From positions 85,250,001 to 85,314,000 of the forward strand of contig OX597824.1 in the NCBI GenBank assembly GCA_951406725.2: a stretch of DNA of 64,000 bases, given 5' to 3'. A model generated the notes under the pieces. That model saw only the letters and a list, made by a program, of their open reading frames with translations, did no database searches and was not told the origin of the DNA. The stretch is from Octopus vulgaris (lineage: Eukaryota). Positions 1 through 12,790 of this stretch are shown here, piece by piece. The stretch's first letter is position 1. Each line of letters starts with the position of its first letter. A program made the translations under genes and the position numbers.

Positions 1-172
1 ATACATATGTATGTGTGCATATATATATATATGGGAGGTTATGAGAGGTAATTGTGTCGAGAAGACGCAAAGGTGTCAGGTAATGCTGAGTAAGTGCTAT
101 GGACAGACTATTGTTAAGCTCCAGGTTCGGTGATTATGCGAATGAGGAGTCCAACGTAGGTCATATATCAGC

Positions 173-210
<38 letters not shown>

Positions 211-217
<7 letters not shown>

Positions 218-808
218 CCAGAATGAGATAAAAATGCAAGGTTGTGAAAGATTTCAGAACATTTATAAATAGAATGTCTTACAGCTGTTTCGGGATATTT
301 TATATATCCCTTCATCGGAGACGGTGTGAGAGAGTGGTTAAGCAATAAGTATTTTAAATAAGATATGAAATAGAGAGTGAAGTGGAGGAATGAAAACAGA
401 CGTGAGATATGCAGGGATATTGCATCTTCAGTCCCATTATTTAGGCAGAATGGTATATATATATAAGATTCCAGTACCTTGTGAGTAAGTTCCAATAGTA
501 TTTAAAATTGGTCATTCCAAGCATAGCGTTTAGAACTTACAAGGTACTGGAATCTTATATGTATACCATTCTGCCTAAATAATGAAACTGAAGATACAAT
601 ATCCCTGCATATCTCACGTATATTTTCATTCCTCCGCTTCACTCTCTATTTCATATCTTATCTAGAATAACTATTGCTTAACCATTTTCTCACCCCGTCT
701 CCGATGAAGGGATATATATAAAATATCCCGAAACAGCTGTAAGACATTCTATTTATAAATGTTCTGAAATCTTTCACAGCCTTGATTTTTATCTCATTCT
801 GTTAATTT
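211..808. mobile_element. Fold-back (inverted) repeat of a Penelope-like terminal sequence, arms ~211-490 and ~535-808
   Basis: Arms are diverged reverse complements (e.g. GAAAGATTTCAGAACATTTATAAATAGAATGTCTT / AAGACATTCTATTTATAAATGTTCTGAAATCTTTC); each arm carries a hammerhead motif. Confidence 0.8.
697..745 (+). ncRNA. Minimal type-I hammerhead ribozyme motif (mirror copy at 276-322, minus strand)
   Basis: GTCT-CCGATGA-A-GGGATA..TATCCC-GAAA-CAGCTG-TA-AGAC: stem I GTCT/AGAC, stem II, palindromic stem III, GUA site; U4C core variant. Confidence 0.7.
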
Positions 809-959
809 ATATATGTATATATATAATGATATGTATATGTATGAAATTTTTGTTTACAGTGATATTAAACATTGCAGAGAATGGCTGAGCCAAAATCAAA
901 ATCCTGTACCACATCTATGAGATAGATTTCACCGAAAAGGAATTTAATTGGGCGTTTGA

Positions 960-1420
960 GGGAATGTGGAAGAAATTATTCATTACGAGCTTTTAAGGCG
1001 AATCAAGCAATAATTTTTGAAGTCTAACGCCATCAATTGAACCGTTTGAAGACTGCTTTGGATAGAAAAAGTTTCTGCCCTTAATATTACGTAGGGTAGT
1101 TTTCTTCCGTCAAGATAATGCTCGATCTCATATTGCTCAAGTCACGAAAAACGTTCTGGAATTGTCCGGATTGGAAAAAAATGCTACATTTTCCATATTC
1201 TCCAGACCTTCCGCCATTAAACTTCCGCTCATTTAGATCTTCAGATCTTTGCAAAACTATTTTGATGAGAAAAGCATGGCCAGCAAGGGAGATATAAAAA
1301 AAGTGAATTAAATACGCATTTTAATTCAAACAGAAGGAATTTTTGAAATCAGGCATTCAAAAAATTACAGATAGATGGAGGGAAGTGATAGAAAATGAAG
1401 AAAATTGTATAGATGATTAA
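960..1420 (+). pseudogene. Degenerate mariner transposase C-terminal fragment
   Basis: Frameshifted motifs QDNARSH, PYSPDLPP, and GIQK..DRWREVIENE..IDD*. Confidence 0.7.
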
Positions 1421-2018
1421 ATTTGCAGTATTAAATATCATGTTTGTACTTTATATAAATGCTAAAAGTCGGTCAGAGCTTTGCATACAATCTCTCTCTC
1501 TCTTCCTCTCCTTTTCTCTTTTACGCACACACACGTGCGCGCATATATACGTCCATATGTATGCATATATGCATGCATGTATATGTATTTATGTATAATC
1601 GTACATGTGTATACTTGTATGTGTGCATAATTTATATTTCTGATAACTTGAACACATACGTGTGTGTGAGTGCATATAAATGTGTGTGTGTGTGTGTGGG
1701 TGTGTGTGTGTTCAATTATTCAACAAGCTATTAGCCACTTTGTCTTTAGAGAGACGTCAGTGTGAAGGAATGTCCGATTTACATAATTACATTCATAACG
1801 CAACATGATTCTTTTATAGGACCTGCACGATATGTTAACGTTTCAACAATATCACCCCTCCCTTCTTCAGAATTTCCTCTTCCTCGGCGTTATTCTTGTT
1901 GATGTTTTGCTGTTATGCTGCAGGCATTAAAGCTTTGATCACCCCCCTCAATCTTGTTTTTTGAAGGGCATCTCGGATTGCAGTTGCCGTATACATGTTT
2001 TCCCCTTGTACTATAGGT

Positions 2019-2312
2019 TGTTTGTTGTTTGTTCCTTCTCGAGCCATGCCTGGCTCATAAGGGCCGGTTTCCTGGTTTCCTTGGCGTATAGGTTCCCCAC
2101 CTGGACGGGACGCCGGTCCGTCGCAGGTGGGCTGCAAGATGCAGGAGGAAAGTGTGAGAGAAAGTTGTGGCGAAAGAGTCAGCAGAAGTTTGCCATTACC
2201 TTCTGCCGGAGCCGGAGCTTAGGTGTTTCGCTCATCGCCCGGTCTGAGATTCGAACCCGCGATCCTTCGACCGTGAGTCCGCTGGTCTAACCACGAGGCC
2301 ATGTGCCTCCAC
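2019..2312 (-). mobile_element. tRNA-derived SINE, family C
   Basis: GTGGAGGCACATGGCC..GGTTAG head, B-box-like GGTTCGAATC, (CAA)-type tail; 12-bp TSD TGTACTATAGGT at 2007-2018 and 2313-2324. Confidence 0.85.
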
Positions 2313-2324
2313 TGTACTATAGGT

Positions 2325-2740
2325 ACATGGTCTGAAATTGTGCGTATGGGGAGCAGTTGATTAGTTCGATTATAGTGCTCGATTAGTGCTTATTTTACCG
2401 ACCTCGAAAGAATAAGAAACAAAGTCGACTTCGGCGGGATTTGAACTCTGAACGTAAAGCCAGAAGAAATACCGCTTGGCATTTTGTCAGATATACTAAC
2501 GATTCTGCTAGCTCACCGCCTTATGATAATGGTAATTTTGACATTAGACCAGCGATCTTGGGGGAAAGGGTAGGTCGATTACGTCGAGCCCCAGTATTCA
2601 ATAGGTATTTATTTTATCGACCTTGAAAGGATGAAAGGCAAAGTCAACCTCAGCGGAATTTGAACTCAGAACGTGAAGACGTACGAAATATCGCTACGCG
2701 TTTTGAGCGACGTGCTAACAATTCTGCCAGCGCCCCGCCT
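2325..2740 (-). mobile_element. Two adjacent diverged SINE family B copies
   Basis: Both contain the reverse complement of GAGTTCAAAT..CGCYGA.GTYGACTTTG. Confidence 0.75.
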
Positions 2741-3295
2741 TGTGTCAGCTTAATATTAAGAGCCGGTAGTAAAGCGGTGAGCTGGATTACAATCGGCTTA
2801 ACTGTTTCCCCGAAATTGCTGGCCTTGAGCCAAAATTCGAAACCAATATTAAGAGTCAGTTGTGACAGTGGAACAAATAGTGGTACAATGTAAAAACTTT
2901 ACATAGTCTGCAGATATCTCCTTCCCATTTTAGCGTGGTAATGTCAGATATGAGGGAGGTATGGGTGCTATTTCTAGTAGGTTGAGGTCGATAGATCGTA
3001 CTGAGGTTTTCTCTCCTTTGTTCGCCCTTGTGTTTTATATCTAAGGAGTGTCTATATACATTTTTTTTTTGCATGGAGGAAGAGGAGAAAAGCTATAAAA
3101 TAAATACCGTACATACAAAAAGAAAAACAAAAAAAAAAAAACGAATTTAAAAAGAATACAAAAAGGAATTGGCTACATCTGCTATAGTTTTAAAATGCAA
3201 TATGTAAAAAAAAAACAACAAAGAAACAAAAACACCCCACCCCACCCCACCCTCCCAACTAACGGAAACGGTTTGCTGCTGTTGCTTCTTTTTAA

Positions 3296-4290
3296 CGTGA
3301 TTTTGATGATAATAATGAGGTTGATGATGATGATGATGATGATGATGATGAGTATGATGATGATGATGATGGTGATAATAATAATGATGATGAGGACGAC
3401 GATGATGATGATGATAATGATAATGATGATGATGAGGACGACGACGATGACGATGGTAATGATGATGATGACGATGACGATGATGATGATAATAATGAGG
3501 TTGATGATGATGATGATGATGATGATGAGTATGATGATGATGATGATGGTGATAATAATAATGATGATGAGGACGACGATGATGATGATGATAATGATAA
3601 TGATGATGATGAGGACGACGACGATGACGATGGTAATGATGATGATGACGATGACGATGATGATGATAATAATGAGGTTGATGATGATGATGATGATGAT
3701 GATGAGTATGATGATGATGATGATGGTGATAATAATAATGATGATGAGGACGACGATGATGATGATGATAATGATAATGATGATGATGAGGACGACGACG
3801 ATGACGATGGTAATGATGATGATGACGATGACGATGATGATGATAATAATGAGGTTGATGATGATGATGATGATGATGATGAGTATGATGATGATGATGA
3901 TGGTGATAATAATAATGATGATGAGGACGACGATGATGATGATGATAATGATAATGATGATGATGAGGACGACGACGATGACGATGGTAATGATGATGAT
4001 GACGATGACGATGATGATGATGATAATGATGATGATGATAATGATGACGATAAGGATGATAATGACGATGACGATAATGATGATGATAATCATGATAATG
4101 ATGATGATGATGATGATGATGACGAGCATGTCGATGATGATTATGATGACGATAATGATGATGATGAAGACGACGACGACGACGATGACGATGATGATGA
4201 TGATGATGGTGATGATAACAATAATGATGGTGATGATTACGACGACGATGATGAGGACGGTAATGATGATGATGATGATGATGATGATAA
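3296..4290. repeat. Compound (GAT/GAC/AAT)n trinucleotide repeat with a 177-180 bp higher-order period
   Basis: AATAATGAGGTTGATG recurs at 3311, 3491, 3668 and 3845. Confidence 0.9.
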
Positions 4291-4775
4291 CTATGTTTTT
4301 GTTGATGTTGACGTTTTTATTATGTATTCCACACCCAACCCATCCCATCCTACAACCAAATTTTTTTTCTTCCCGAATCTTATTATTATATAATGGAGGG
4401 TTGGAGCAAATAAACGAAAAAATAAATAAAAAAAAGACAACAATAAATAAACAAAAAGCAAAAGCAAAAACGAACCCCAAAAACAAAACAAGTGCTTCTT
4501 TTGTTGGAATCTGAATTAAGTGTAATTGGAACCGGCATTGACTTAAACGTGTATACATGATTAGTGAATTACGTTGGCAAATGCCTCGTCCTTCCCCTCG
4601 GTCCGGTCCCGCCCCGCCCCGCTGTACCCCCCCCTTTACCGCGTACGAAAGAATTAAAAACAATCAAGAGGGGGAGGAAGAGGTGCTTGGATGTATTCTT
4701 CACACAAGTTTGGATCTCAACAGATTCCTTCAACAAACTGTATACACACACACACACATACACATAGATACATGC

Positions 4776-4837
<62 letters not shown>

Positions 4838-4917
4838 AATATTAGGGAATAAATCCAAATTTACAGGGAAAAAATCAGATTTATTAAATCCAATATAGTA
4901 AAATATATATATTATTA

Positions 4918-5143
4918 TATTTTGCAAAACAAACAAGGAAGACTTAATCAATACATAAAATTTTAATAAATAGTCAAAAAACCGCCACTACAATCATTCT
5001 TGTCTTGATCGACAATCTTCAGGTGGACTTCCAATAAGTCAGTTTCAAACGATCAAGACAAGAATGATTGTAGTGGCGGTTTTTTTGATATTTATTAAAA
5101 TTTTATGTATTGATTAAGTCTTTCCTTGTTTGTTTTGCAAAAT
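4918..5143. mobile_element. Inverted repeat with a degenerate hammerhead (4985-5026, minus); Penelope-like terminal fragment
   Basis: Arms ~4918-5011 and ~5050-5143; minus strand reads CCAC-CTGAAGA-TTGTC..GACAA-GAA..GTA-GTGG. Confidence 0.65.
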
Positions 5144-5161
5144 AGTGGTTTGTCTCTAATA

Positions 5162-5239
<78 letters not shown>

Positions 5240-5284
5240 GAAAATGATAATGCAATACAAAGGTATTACTTTCCAGTAAAATAA

Positions 5285-5603
5285 AGCCCCATAAGAGTAG
5301 AATTATACATATACAAATAAATATATATATATATATATAATTATAATTATTACCTATGAGGTTCTTATTCCCATACTAGCTACCAGATATGATCGGTATT
5401 TTAAATAACGATCTTATCCTTATTCATATAAGGCGCAGGAGTGGCTGTGCCTTATATGAATAAGGATAAGATCGTTATTTAAAATACCGATCATATCTGG
5501 TAGCTAGTATGGGAATAAGAACCTCATAGGTAATAATTATAATTATAATTATATATATATATATATATTTATTTGTATATGTATAATTCTACTCTTATGG
5601 GGC

Positions 5604-5604
<1 letters not shown>
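5285..5604. repeat. Near-perfect palindrome (~155 bp arms) centred on a SINE family A head
   Basis: AGCCCCATAAGAG..AGGCGCAG-GAGTGG-CTGTGCCT..CTCTTATGGGGCT. Confidence 0.9.
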
Positions 5605-5668
<64 letters not shown>

Positions 5669-5744
5669 CACACGCGGCGAGTGAGTGGACAAATGGAAGA
5701 CATAGCACATTTAGTAAGTGTTACATATATTATTATTTAAAACA

Positions 5745-5965
5745 GGTGGATTCCGCTCCATACGACTCTGAGTTTTGCAGGTTTCTTACAGAAAACTAGC
5801 TTATTCGGGCTCAGTTTTACATGGTGGACTGCCTTCATCAATAGTAACCCAATTTTCGGCACCCGTCTTGGACTTTCTGTATCTCTCCATTCGGTAAACT
5901 GAGCCTGTATAAACTAGGTCCCTGTAAGAAGCCTGCGAAACTGAGCCGCATGAAGTCGAATCATC
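5745..5965. mobile_element. Degenerate inverted-repeat (MITE-like) element; left flank partly duplicated at ~6135-6265
   Basis: TTTTGCAGGTTTCTTACAG..GGCTCAGTTT pairs with AAACTGAGCC..CTGTAAGAAGCCTGCGAAA. Confidence 0.5.
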
Positions 5966-6059
5966 TTTAAATAATATTGATAATGATGATGATATCTATA
6001 TCTATCTATCCATCCATCCATCCATCCATCCATCCATCCATCCATCCATCCATCCATCC

Positions 6060-6129
<70 letters not shown>

Positions 6130-6860
6130 ATACATATACACGAGTGAGTGGAGAAATGGAAAACAGACGTACATAACACATTTAGTAAGTGTTACATATA
6201 TTACTATTGAAAACATGCGGATATTACTATTGAAACATGCAGGTTTCTTACAGAAAACTAGCTCACTTTATATATATATATATCACTATCAAGAGAGTAT
6301 GGTAACCCAAAACATCCCAGTGATATTTATTAGAAAACAAATCCAAGAGTCACAGCAAGGGAAATTAATTCCAAAGTACACCGGGAGTGTAAAACAAAAA
6401 AAGAAAAAAAGAAAGAAAGACGCTTAGTTTCGATAACCTTTAAATTTGTACGCAAAGAACTTATTCTGCACTACAGGCACAAGATCTGAAATTTTGTGAG
6501 GTAAGGATGAAAGGCAAAGTCTACGTCGACGGATGTGAACTCAGAACGTAAAGCCGCCGTGCAGTTTGCCCGGCATGCTTAACAATTCTACCAGCCAGCC
6601 GCTTCATAGTCGAAGAATATAGGGACGTAACTACACACAGCAATACATTTATTCTGGCATTCTATCACTTCAGCTAATCCGCAGACGTATTAGTATAATT
6701 CCAATTTATTAAATATATTTCTAAGTAGGCAATTGATCCGTTAGAATTGCCGCTAGGCAATGATTAAAATTAGCTTTATGTGTTCTTAGACGAGTTTTCG
6801 TCTACTCATGATTCTTATCAGAAATTTCTTTCCCCTCCTCTGTGTTTGTACATATACGTG

Positions 6861-6899
<39 letters not shown>

Positions 6900-7317
6900 C
6901 TGCGTACACACACGTGTCTGTAAGCGCACATACAAAGAGGCTAGAAAAAGAAGTGAAGAGAGGTTACTCACATTGATGATAAGAGATCAATCTGCCGGGG
7001 AGATTACGATAAAAGCAATTACGTCCCAAACCAACAGTCTAGACGCTTAACTGATGTCCTCGTTTTTTTAAACTACGAATTATATATTCGCTAGAATTAA
7101 ATATATTCGAAAATATCAAATAACTGAAGATCGTTAATGGCATGTTGCTCGAGAAGTCGCTAAAATGAGTAATTTTAAGTCCGTTTTAAGGATGTGAACA
7201 AATGGATATGCAATTAGAGTATCAGCACCTTAGGGATCTTTATCTTTTAGCCTTCACTTGTTTTAATCATCGGACTAGTACCACGCTGGAGCACCGTCTT
7301 GAAAGGCTAACGATTCT

Positions 7318-7730
7318 TATTTCTTTACTACCCACAAGTGGCTAAACATAGAGAGGACAAACAAGGACAGACAAAGGGATTAAGTCGATTAGATCGACCC
7401 CAATGCGTAACTGGTACTTAATTTATTGACCTCGAATGGATGAAAGGCAAAGTCGACCTCGGTGGAATTTGAACTCAGAACGTAATGGTAGATGAAATAC
7501 CTATTTCTTTACTGCCCACAAGGCGCTACACACAGAGGGGACAAACAAGGACAGACAAAGGAATTAAGTCGATTAAATCGACCCCAGTGCGTAACTGGTA
7601 CTTAATTTATCGACCCCGAATGGATGAAAGGCAAAGTCGACCTCGGCGGAATTTGAACTCAGAACGTAACCGCAGACGGAATACCGCTAAGTATTGCGCC
7701 CGGCGTGCTAACGTTTCAGCCAGCTCGCCG
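7318..7730 (-). mobile_element. SINE family B head-to-tail dimer
   Basis: Two ~180 bp units joined at GAAATACCTATTTCTTTAC; the head GGCGAGCTGGC is present only once. Confidence 0.85.
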
Positions 7731-8358
7731 TCTATATGAAGGGACGTATTGACTGATTTATCAGAACAACAAGGTGTGTTATATGATGTACGATATCACA
7801 GTCAGAACTTTATGATATGATACGATATATCATACGAAACTACCTAAGAAAATATCACTTTAAATAACTACATAAACGCCAAAGCCTATCTCAACCATGA
7901 TATCTCCAAAATACCTTACAACACCATAGTAAAATAAAAAGAATTCCAAGTTATGTTAGGATATTTTACGTCATAAGATTTATTGAAGATTCTATTATAA
8001 TATATTCTATTATATTCTTGAATCTACAGAAAATTTTAAGATATTATGGCGTGTCAACGACAGCAGTCTCTTAGGATATCCGAAAGCGCACCGTTTCATA
8101 CTGGGAAAATAGCATATAATAGTCTATCCTATAGCTGTTAAGTTCTACATTATCGAAAGATCCATTTGCTGAATATCAATAAACAGCAGACGTTGTTATG
8201 AAAGTAAAACAGCAGGAAAAACTAGAAGAAAGAAAGACACATTTGCCTCGAAATATGGCAACCTTTTATATACACACACACACACACAAGAATACGTCTC
8301 TATAGGTCGATACGTGTGTATATGTATAGAAGTGTGCGTATACATATATGTATGTAAG

Positions 8359-8390
<32 letters not shown>

Positions 8391-8527
8391 TATATACATA
8401 TATATATATATATACATATATATATACATATATATACATATATATACATATATATATATACATATATATATATATACATATATATATATACATATATATA
8501 TGTATGTATATATATATACATATATAT

Positions 8528-8595
<68 letters not shown>

Positions 8596-8807
8596 CAAAT
8601 AAGATAATGGAGAGGATAAACAATCGACAAACATCAGCCTATAAACATTCAATTATATCTATTTATCAACTGATTAGTATTCAATTACGATATATTACAA
8701 TATTGCCCTGCATAGTAAGCACTTGGTTATAAATACGTAGGTATACATCCAGTAGTATATGGGATATTTAATATCCCTTAGATGGTTACTATATATAAGT
8801 GTCTGTG

Positions 8808-8865
<58 letters not shown>

Positions 8866-8919
8866 GTGTGTGTGTGTAGATCACTAGCCACTACACATTC
8901 TTTATTTTCTCTCCTTGTT

Positions 8920-9039
8920 TCTTTCTGTGTTCCTTTCTGTGGAAGAGCGTAGGCCCGAAACGTTAAAGACTTTTTCACTTCCCGAGCGTTATACTAATAC
9001 ATCTGTTTGTTGTCTACACCACCTGTCTTTTGTTTATTT

Positions 9040-9083
<44 letters not shown>

Positions 9084-9272
9084 ATGTATGTATGTATGTA
9101 TGTATGTATGTATGTATGTATATTGTTTCTTTTCTGTCTATCTTTCTGTCGAAGAGCGTAGGCTCGAAACGTAAAAGACTTGTTTTATTTCTATTCCTGA
9201 GCGCCATACTAATACATTGTTTGTTTGTACTCCACCTGCCTTCGTCTTTTGTTTATTTTCGTAAACCTTCCC
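8920..9272 (+). mobile_element. Two related short repeat modules, each with a hammerhead-like motif (8933-8968, 9141-9178)
   Basis: TCTTT-CTGTCGA-A-GAGC-GTAG-GCTC-GAAAC-GTA-AAAGA; A6U core variant. Confidence 0.55.
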
Positions 9273-9273
9273 G

Positions 9274-9343
<70 letters not shown>

Positions 9344-9785
9344 GTATATATATGCGCAAACGACAATTCGAAATAATTATGAGATAGTTGCTTATGGTGC
9401 CGCGTTGTGGAACCGAACACTAAGTCATGTGGTTGCAAATCCAACTTCTTAAGCTCACAGAAGCGTCGTCAGCGTCTAACAACACTAGATTTCACAGCAG
9501 CGAACAGACAAACTTTCCCAGTAAAGTGCATTTCTGTCTTTTTTTCAACGCGTGAACATTATCTGCCTGTAATGAAATAGCAACGGAATCAGCTTGGATT
9601 TCCTCATTTACTTTTATAGTCGTAATGGATATAAAATAATCTTCGGCAAGACAATCTGATTTTTAAACTTAAATAAATCTTTTATTTTTGTTTTTGAAGA
9701 TGGGATTGCATTAATGTCCAATACAGCAAGTGTTATTATCTCCATCAGTCAATATTTATTTATTTTTCTCTGTATGAGTGAATAT

Positions 9786-10165
9786 AGGCGCAGGAGTGGC
9801 TGTGTGGTAAGTAGCTTGCTAACCAACTACATGGCTCCGGGTTCAGTCCCACTGCGTGGCATCTTGGGCAAGTGTCTTCTGCTATAGCCCCGGGCCGACC
9901 TATGCCTTGTGAGTGGATTTGGTAGACGGAAACTGAAAGAAGCCTGTCGTATATATGTATATATATGTGTGTCTGTGTTTGGCTGTATATGGTGGTGTGT
10001 TTACGTCCCCGTCACTTAGCGGTTCGGCAAAAGAGACCGATAGAATAAGTACTGGGCTTACAAAGAATAAGTCCCGGGGTCGATTTGCTCGACTAAAGGC
10101 GGTGCCCCAGCATGGCCGCAGTCAAATGACTGAAACAAGTAAAAGAGTAAAAGAGTAAAAAGAGA
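9786..10165 (+). mobile_element. tRNA-derived SINE family A, near full length, with internal microsatellite
   Basis: AGGCGCAGGAGTGGCTGTGTGG head, GGTTCAGTCC B-box-like motif, CTTGGGCAAGT core-like motif, (GTAAAAGA)n tail. Confidence 0.9.
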
Positions 10166-10327
10166 GTATGAGTATTTATTGATTGCGTCTCCTGTACTTG
10201 AATTTTCTCAAATACCAGGCGCAGGCGTGGATGTTTGGTTAAGAGACTTGCATCTCATTCATCCACCCAGTCTTGGGTTCAGTCCCACTGCGTAGCATCT
10301 TGGGCAAGTGTCTTCTACCCCCCCCCC

Positions 10328-10559
10328 AGTTCATTAGACTGTGGCCATGCAGGAGTACCGCTTTGTAGAATTTTTACTCGAATGAATCAACCCCAGTACT
10401 TATTTAATTTCAAGCCTGGCACTCCTTCTATCGGTTATCTATACCGAACCGCTAAGTTACAGGGACGTAAACATACAAACGCTGGTTGTTAAGCGGTGGT
10501 GGGGGACAAACACAAACGCAAAGACACAAAAACACATACATATATATATATATATATAA

Positions 10560-10600
<41 letters not shown>

Positions 10601-10911
10601 AAAAAGGGACAGGCAAAACAGGCAAAACATATGCATATGTGCATATGTGAGTTTTGCATATGTGAATTACAGGGTCTGTCATGCCCGGAGTCCAACTTTG
10701 ATAGAAATAAGCATTCTTGACTGCTATTTCTATTTTTTTCGGTATGCGGTCAAGCAACCTGTTTTGCCTGTCCCTTTTTCTTATACAATATATATACTGA
10801 ACTTTACAGAAGTTCCTGCAGGTAATCGTATATTTACATACGAATTCTACCAGTAAATAATTGGGGTTTTTTAAAAGCCTTTATAGAAATTATTTACTCT
10901 TATCATTATAT

Positions 10912-10947
<36 letters not shown>

Positions 10948-11125
10948 ATATATACACACACACGACTGGCTCCTTTCAGTTCCCGTCTACCAAATCCACT
11001 TAGAGGTTTTTAATCGACCCGAAGCAATAGTAGAAGACACTTGTGTAAGGTGTCACGCAGTGGGGCAGAACTCAGGGCCATGTGGTTGGGAAGCAAGTTT
11101 CTTACCACACAGCCAGGCCTGCACC
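10328..11125 (-). mobile_element. SINE family A interrupted in its internal (TA)n
   Basis: 3' half at 10328-10530, 5' half at 10960-11125. Confidence 0.75.
10595..10785. mobile_element. MITE-like element with 28-bp terminal inverted repeats
   Basis: TATAAGAAAAAGGGACAGGCAAAACAGG / CCTGTTTTGCCTGTCCCTTTTTCTTATA. Confidence 0.65.
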
Positions 11126-11171
11126 TGTTTTTTCGGTCATTTGATCACATTGAACCGTTATTTTCGACACA

Positions 11172-11292
<121 letters not shown>

Positions 11293-11294
11293 GC

Positions 11295-11860
11295 ACCCTT
11301 TTAAAGCCTAGCCAGGTTCATGGGCCCAGTTTCTATGGCGTATGTGTTCCCCAGCTGGACAGGACGCCAGTCCATCTCAGCGTTACTCATTTTGCCAGCT
11401 GAGTGGACTGGAGGAACGTGAAATGAAGTGTTTTGCTAAAGAACACAACGCGTCGCCCGGTCCAGGAATCGAAATCACAATCTTACGATCATGACGAAAT
11501 ACCTATTTCTTTACTACCCACAAGGGGCTAAACACAGAGAGGACAAACAAGGACAGACAAACGGATTAAGTCGATTATATCGACTCCAGTGCATAACTGG
11601 TACTTATTTAATCGACCCCGAAAGGATGAAAGGCAAAGTCGACCTCGGCGGAATTTGAACTCAGAACGTAACGGCAGACGAAATACCTATTTCTTTACTA
11701 CCCACAAGGGGCTAAACACAGAGAGGACAAACAAGGACAGACAAACGGATTAAGTCGATTATATCGACCCCAGTGTGTAACTGGTACTTATTTAATCGAC
11801 CCCGAAAGGATGAAAGGCAAAGTCGACCTCGGCGGAATTTGAACTCAGAACGTAACGGCC
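11295..11860 (-). mobile_element. SINE fragment (11295-11493) abutting a family B dimer (11494-11860)
   Basis: Tail AAAGCCTAGCCAGG shared with the 35117 copy; dimer junction GAAATACCTATTTC occurs twice. Confidence 0.8.
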
Positions 11861-12189
11861 AGTAATTCATATATCCGAAAAAGAAGTACATTCTAAAGTA
11901 TTAGAGCAGTAACACCTTTTAGAAAGTTAAAAGTGTTTCGCATCTATAGAAGCGATTTACGGGGGCGAAACCATTGGTCACCATGTGCGCGCGTGCGTAA
12001 CATATATATTTGAAGAAAAATATAAATGTTTGTGAGTCTGTGTTGCTTGTTCCCATCACCGTTTGACAAACGGTTTCAGTTTGTTTACGTCCTCATAACT
12101 TAGCAGTTTGGGAAAAAGACACCGGTAGAATAAGTATCGGAGTTAAAAATAATTTTTAATTACTCGTTTAGTCATTGGCAGTTGACCTG

Positions 12190-12233
12190 GGTCTCTACTA
12201 CTACTACTATTGTGACTACTACTTACTATTGTG

Positions 12234-12285
<52 letters not shown>

Positions 12286-12383
12286 TTGTGACTACTACTA
12301 CTACTACTACTACTACTTACTACTTCCGTTGCTGCCGAATCTGTACTACTACTACTACTGCTACAACTGTTGCTGCTGCTGCG

Positions 12384-12418
<35 letters not shown>

Positions 12419-12730
12419 CACCACCACCACCACCACCACCTCCACTACTCCTATTACTACTACTACCACCACCACCACAACCACCACCACCACCACCACC
12501 ACCACCACCACCACCTCCACTACTACTATTACTACTACTACCACCACCACCACCACCACCACCACCACCACCACCACCACCACCACCACCACCACAACCA
12601 CCACCACCACCACCACCACCACCACCACCACCACCACCACCACCACCACCACCACCACCACCACCACCTCCACTACTACTATTACTACTACTACCACCAC
12701 CACCACCACCACCACCTCCACTACTACTAT

Positions 12731-12787
<57 letters not shown>

Positions 12788-12790
12788 AGT
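12190..12790. repeat. (ACT)n/(ACC)n trinucleotide repeat; possible Thr-rich exon
   Basis: Direct reading; see findings. Confidence 0.85.

Noticed and set aside
3182-4663. Poly-Ile and poly-Met ORFs of 439-493 aa
   Set aside because: Alternate frames of the (GAT)n repeat
8196-8652. YI/HT/CV/MYVC-repeat ORFs here and throughout the ORF track
   Set aside because: Read-through of stop-free dinucleotide and tetranucleotide microsatellites
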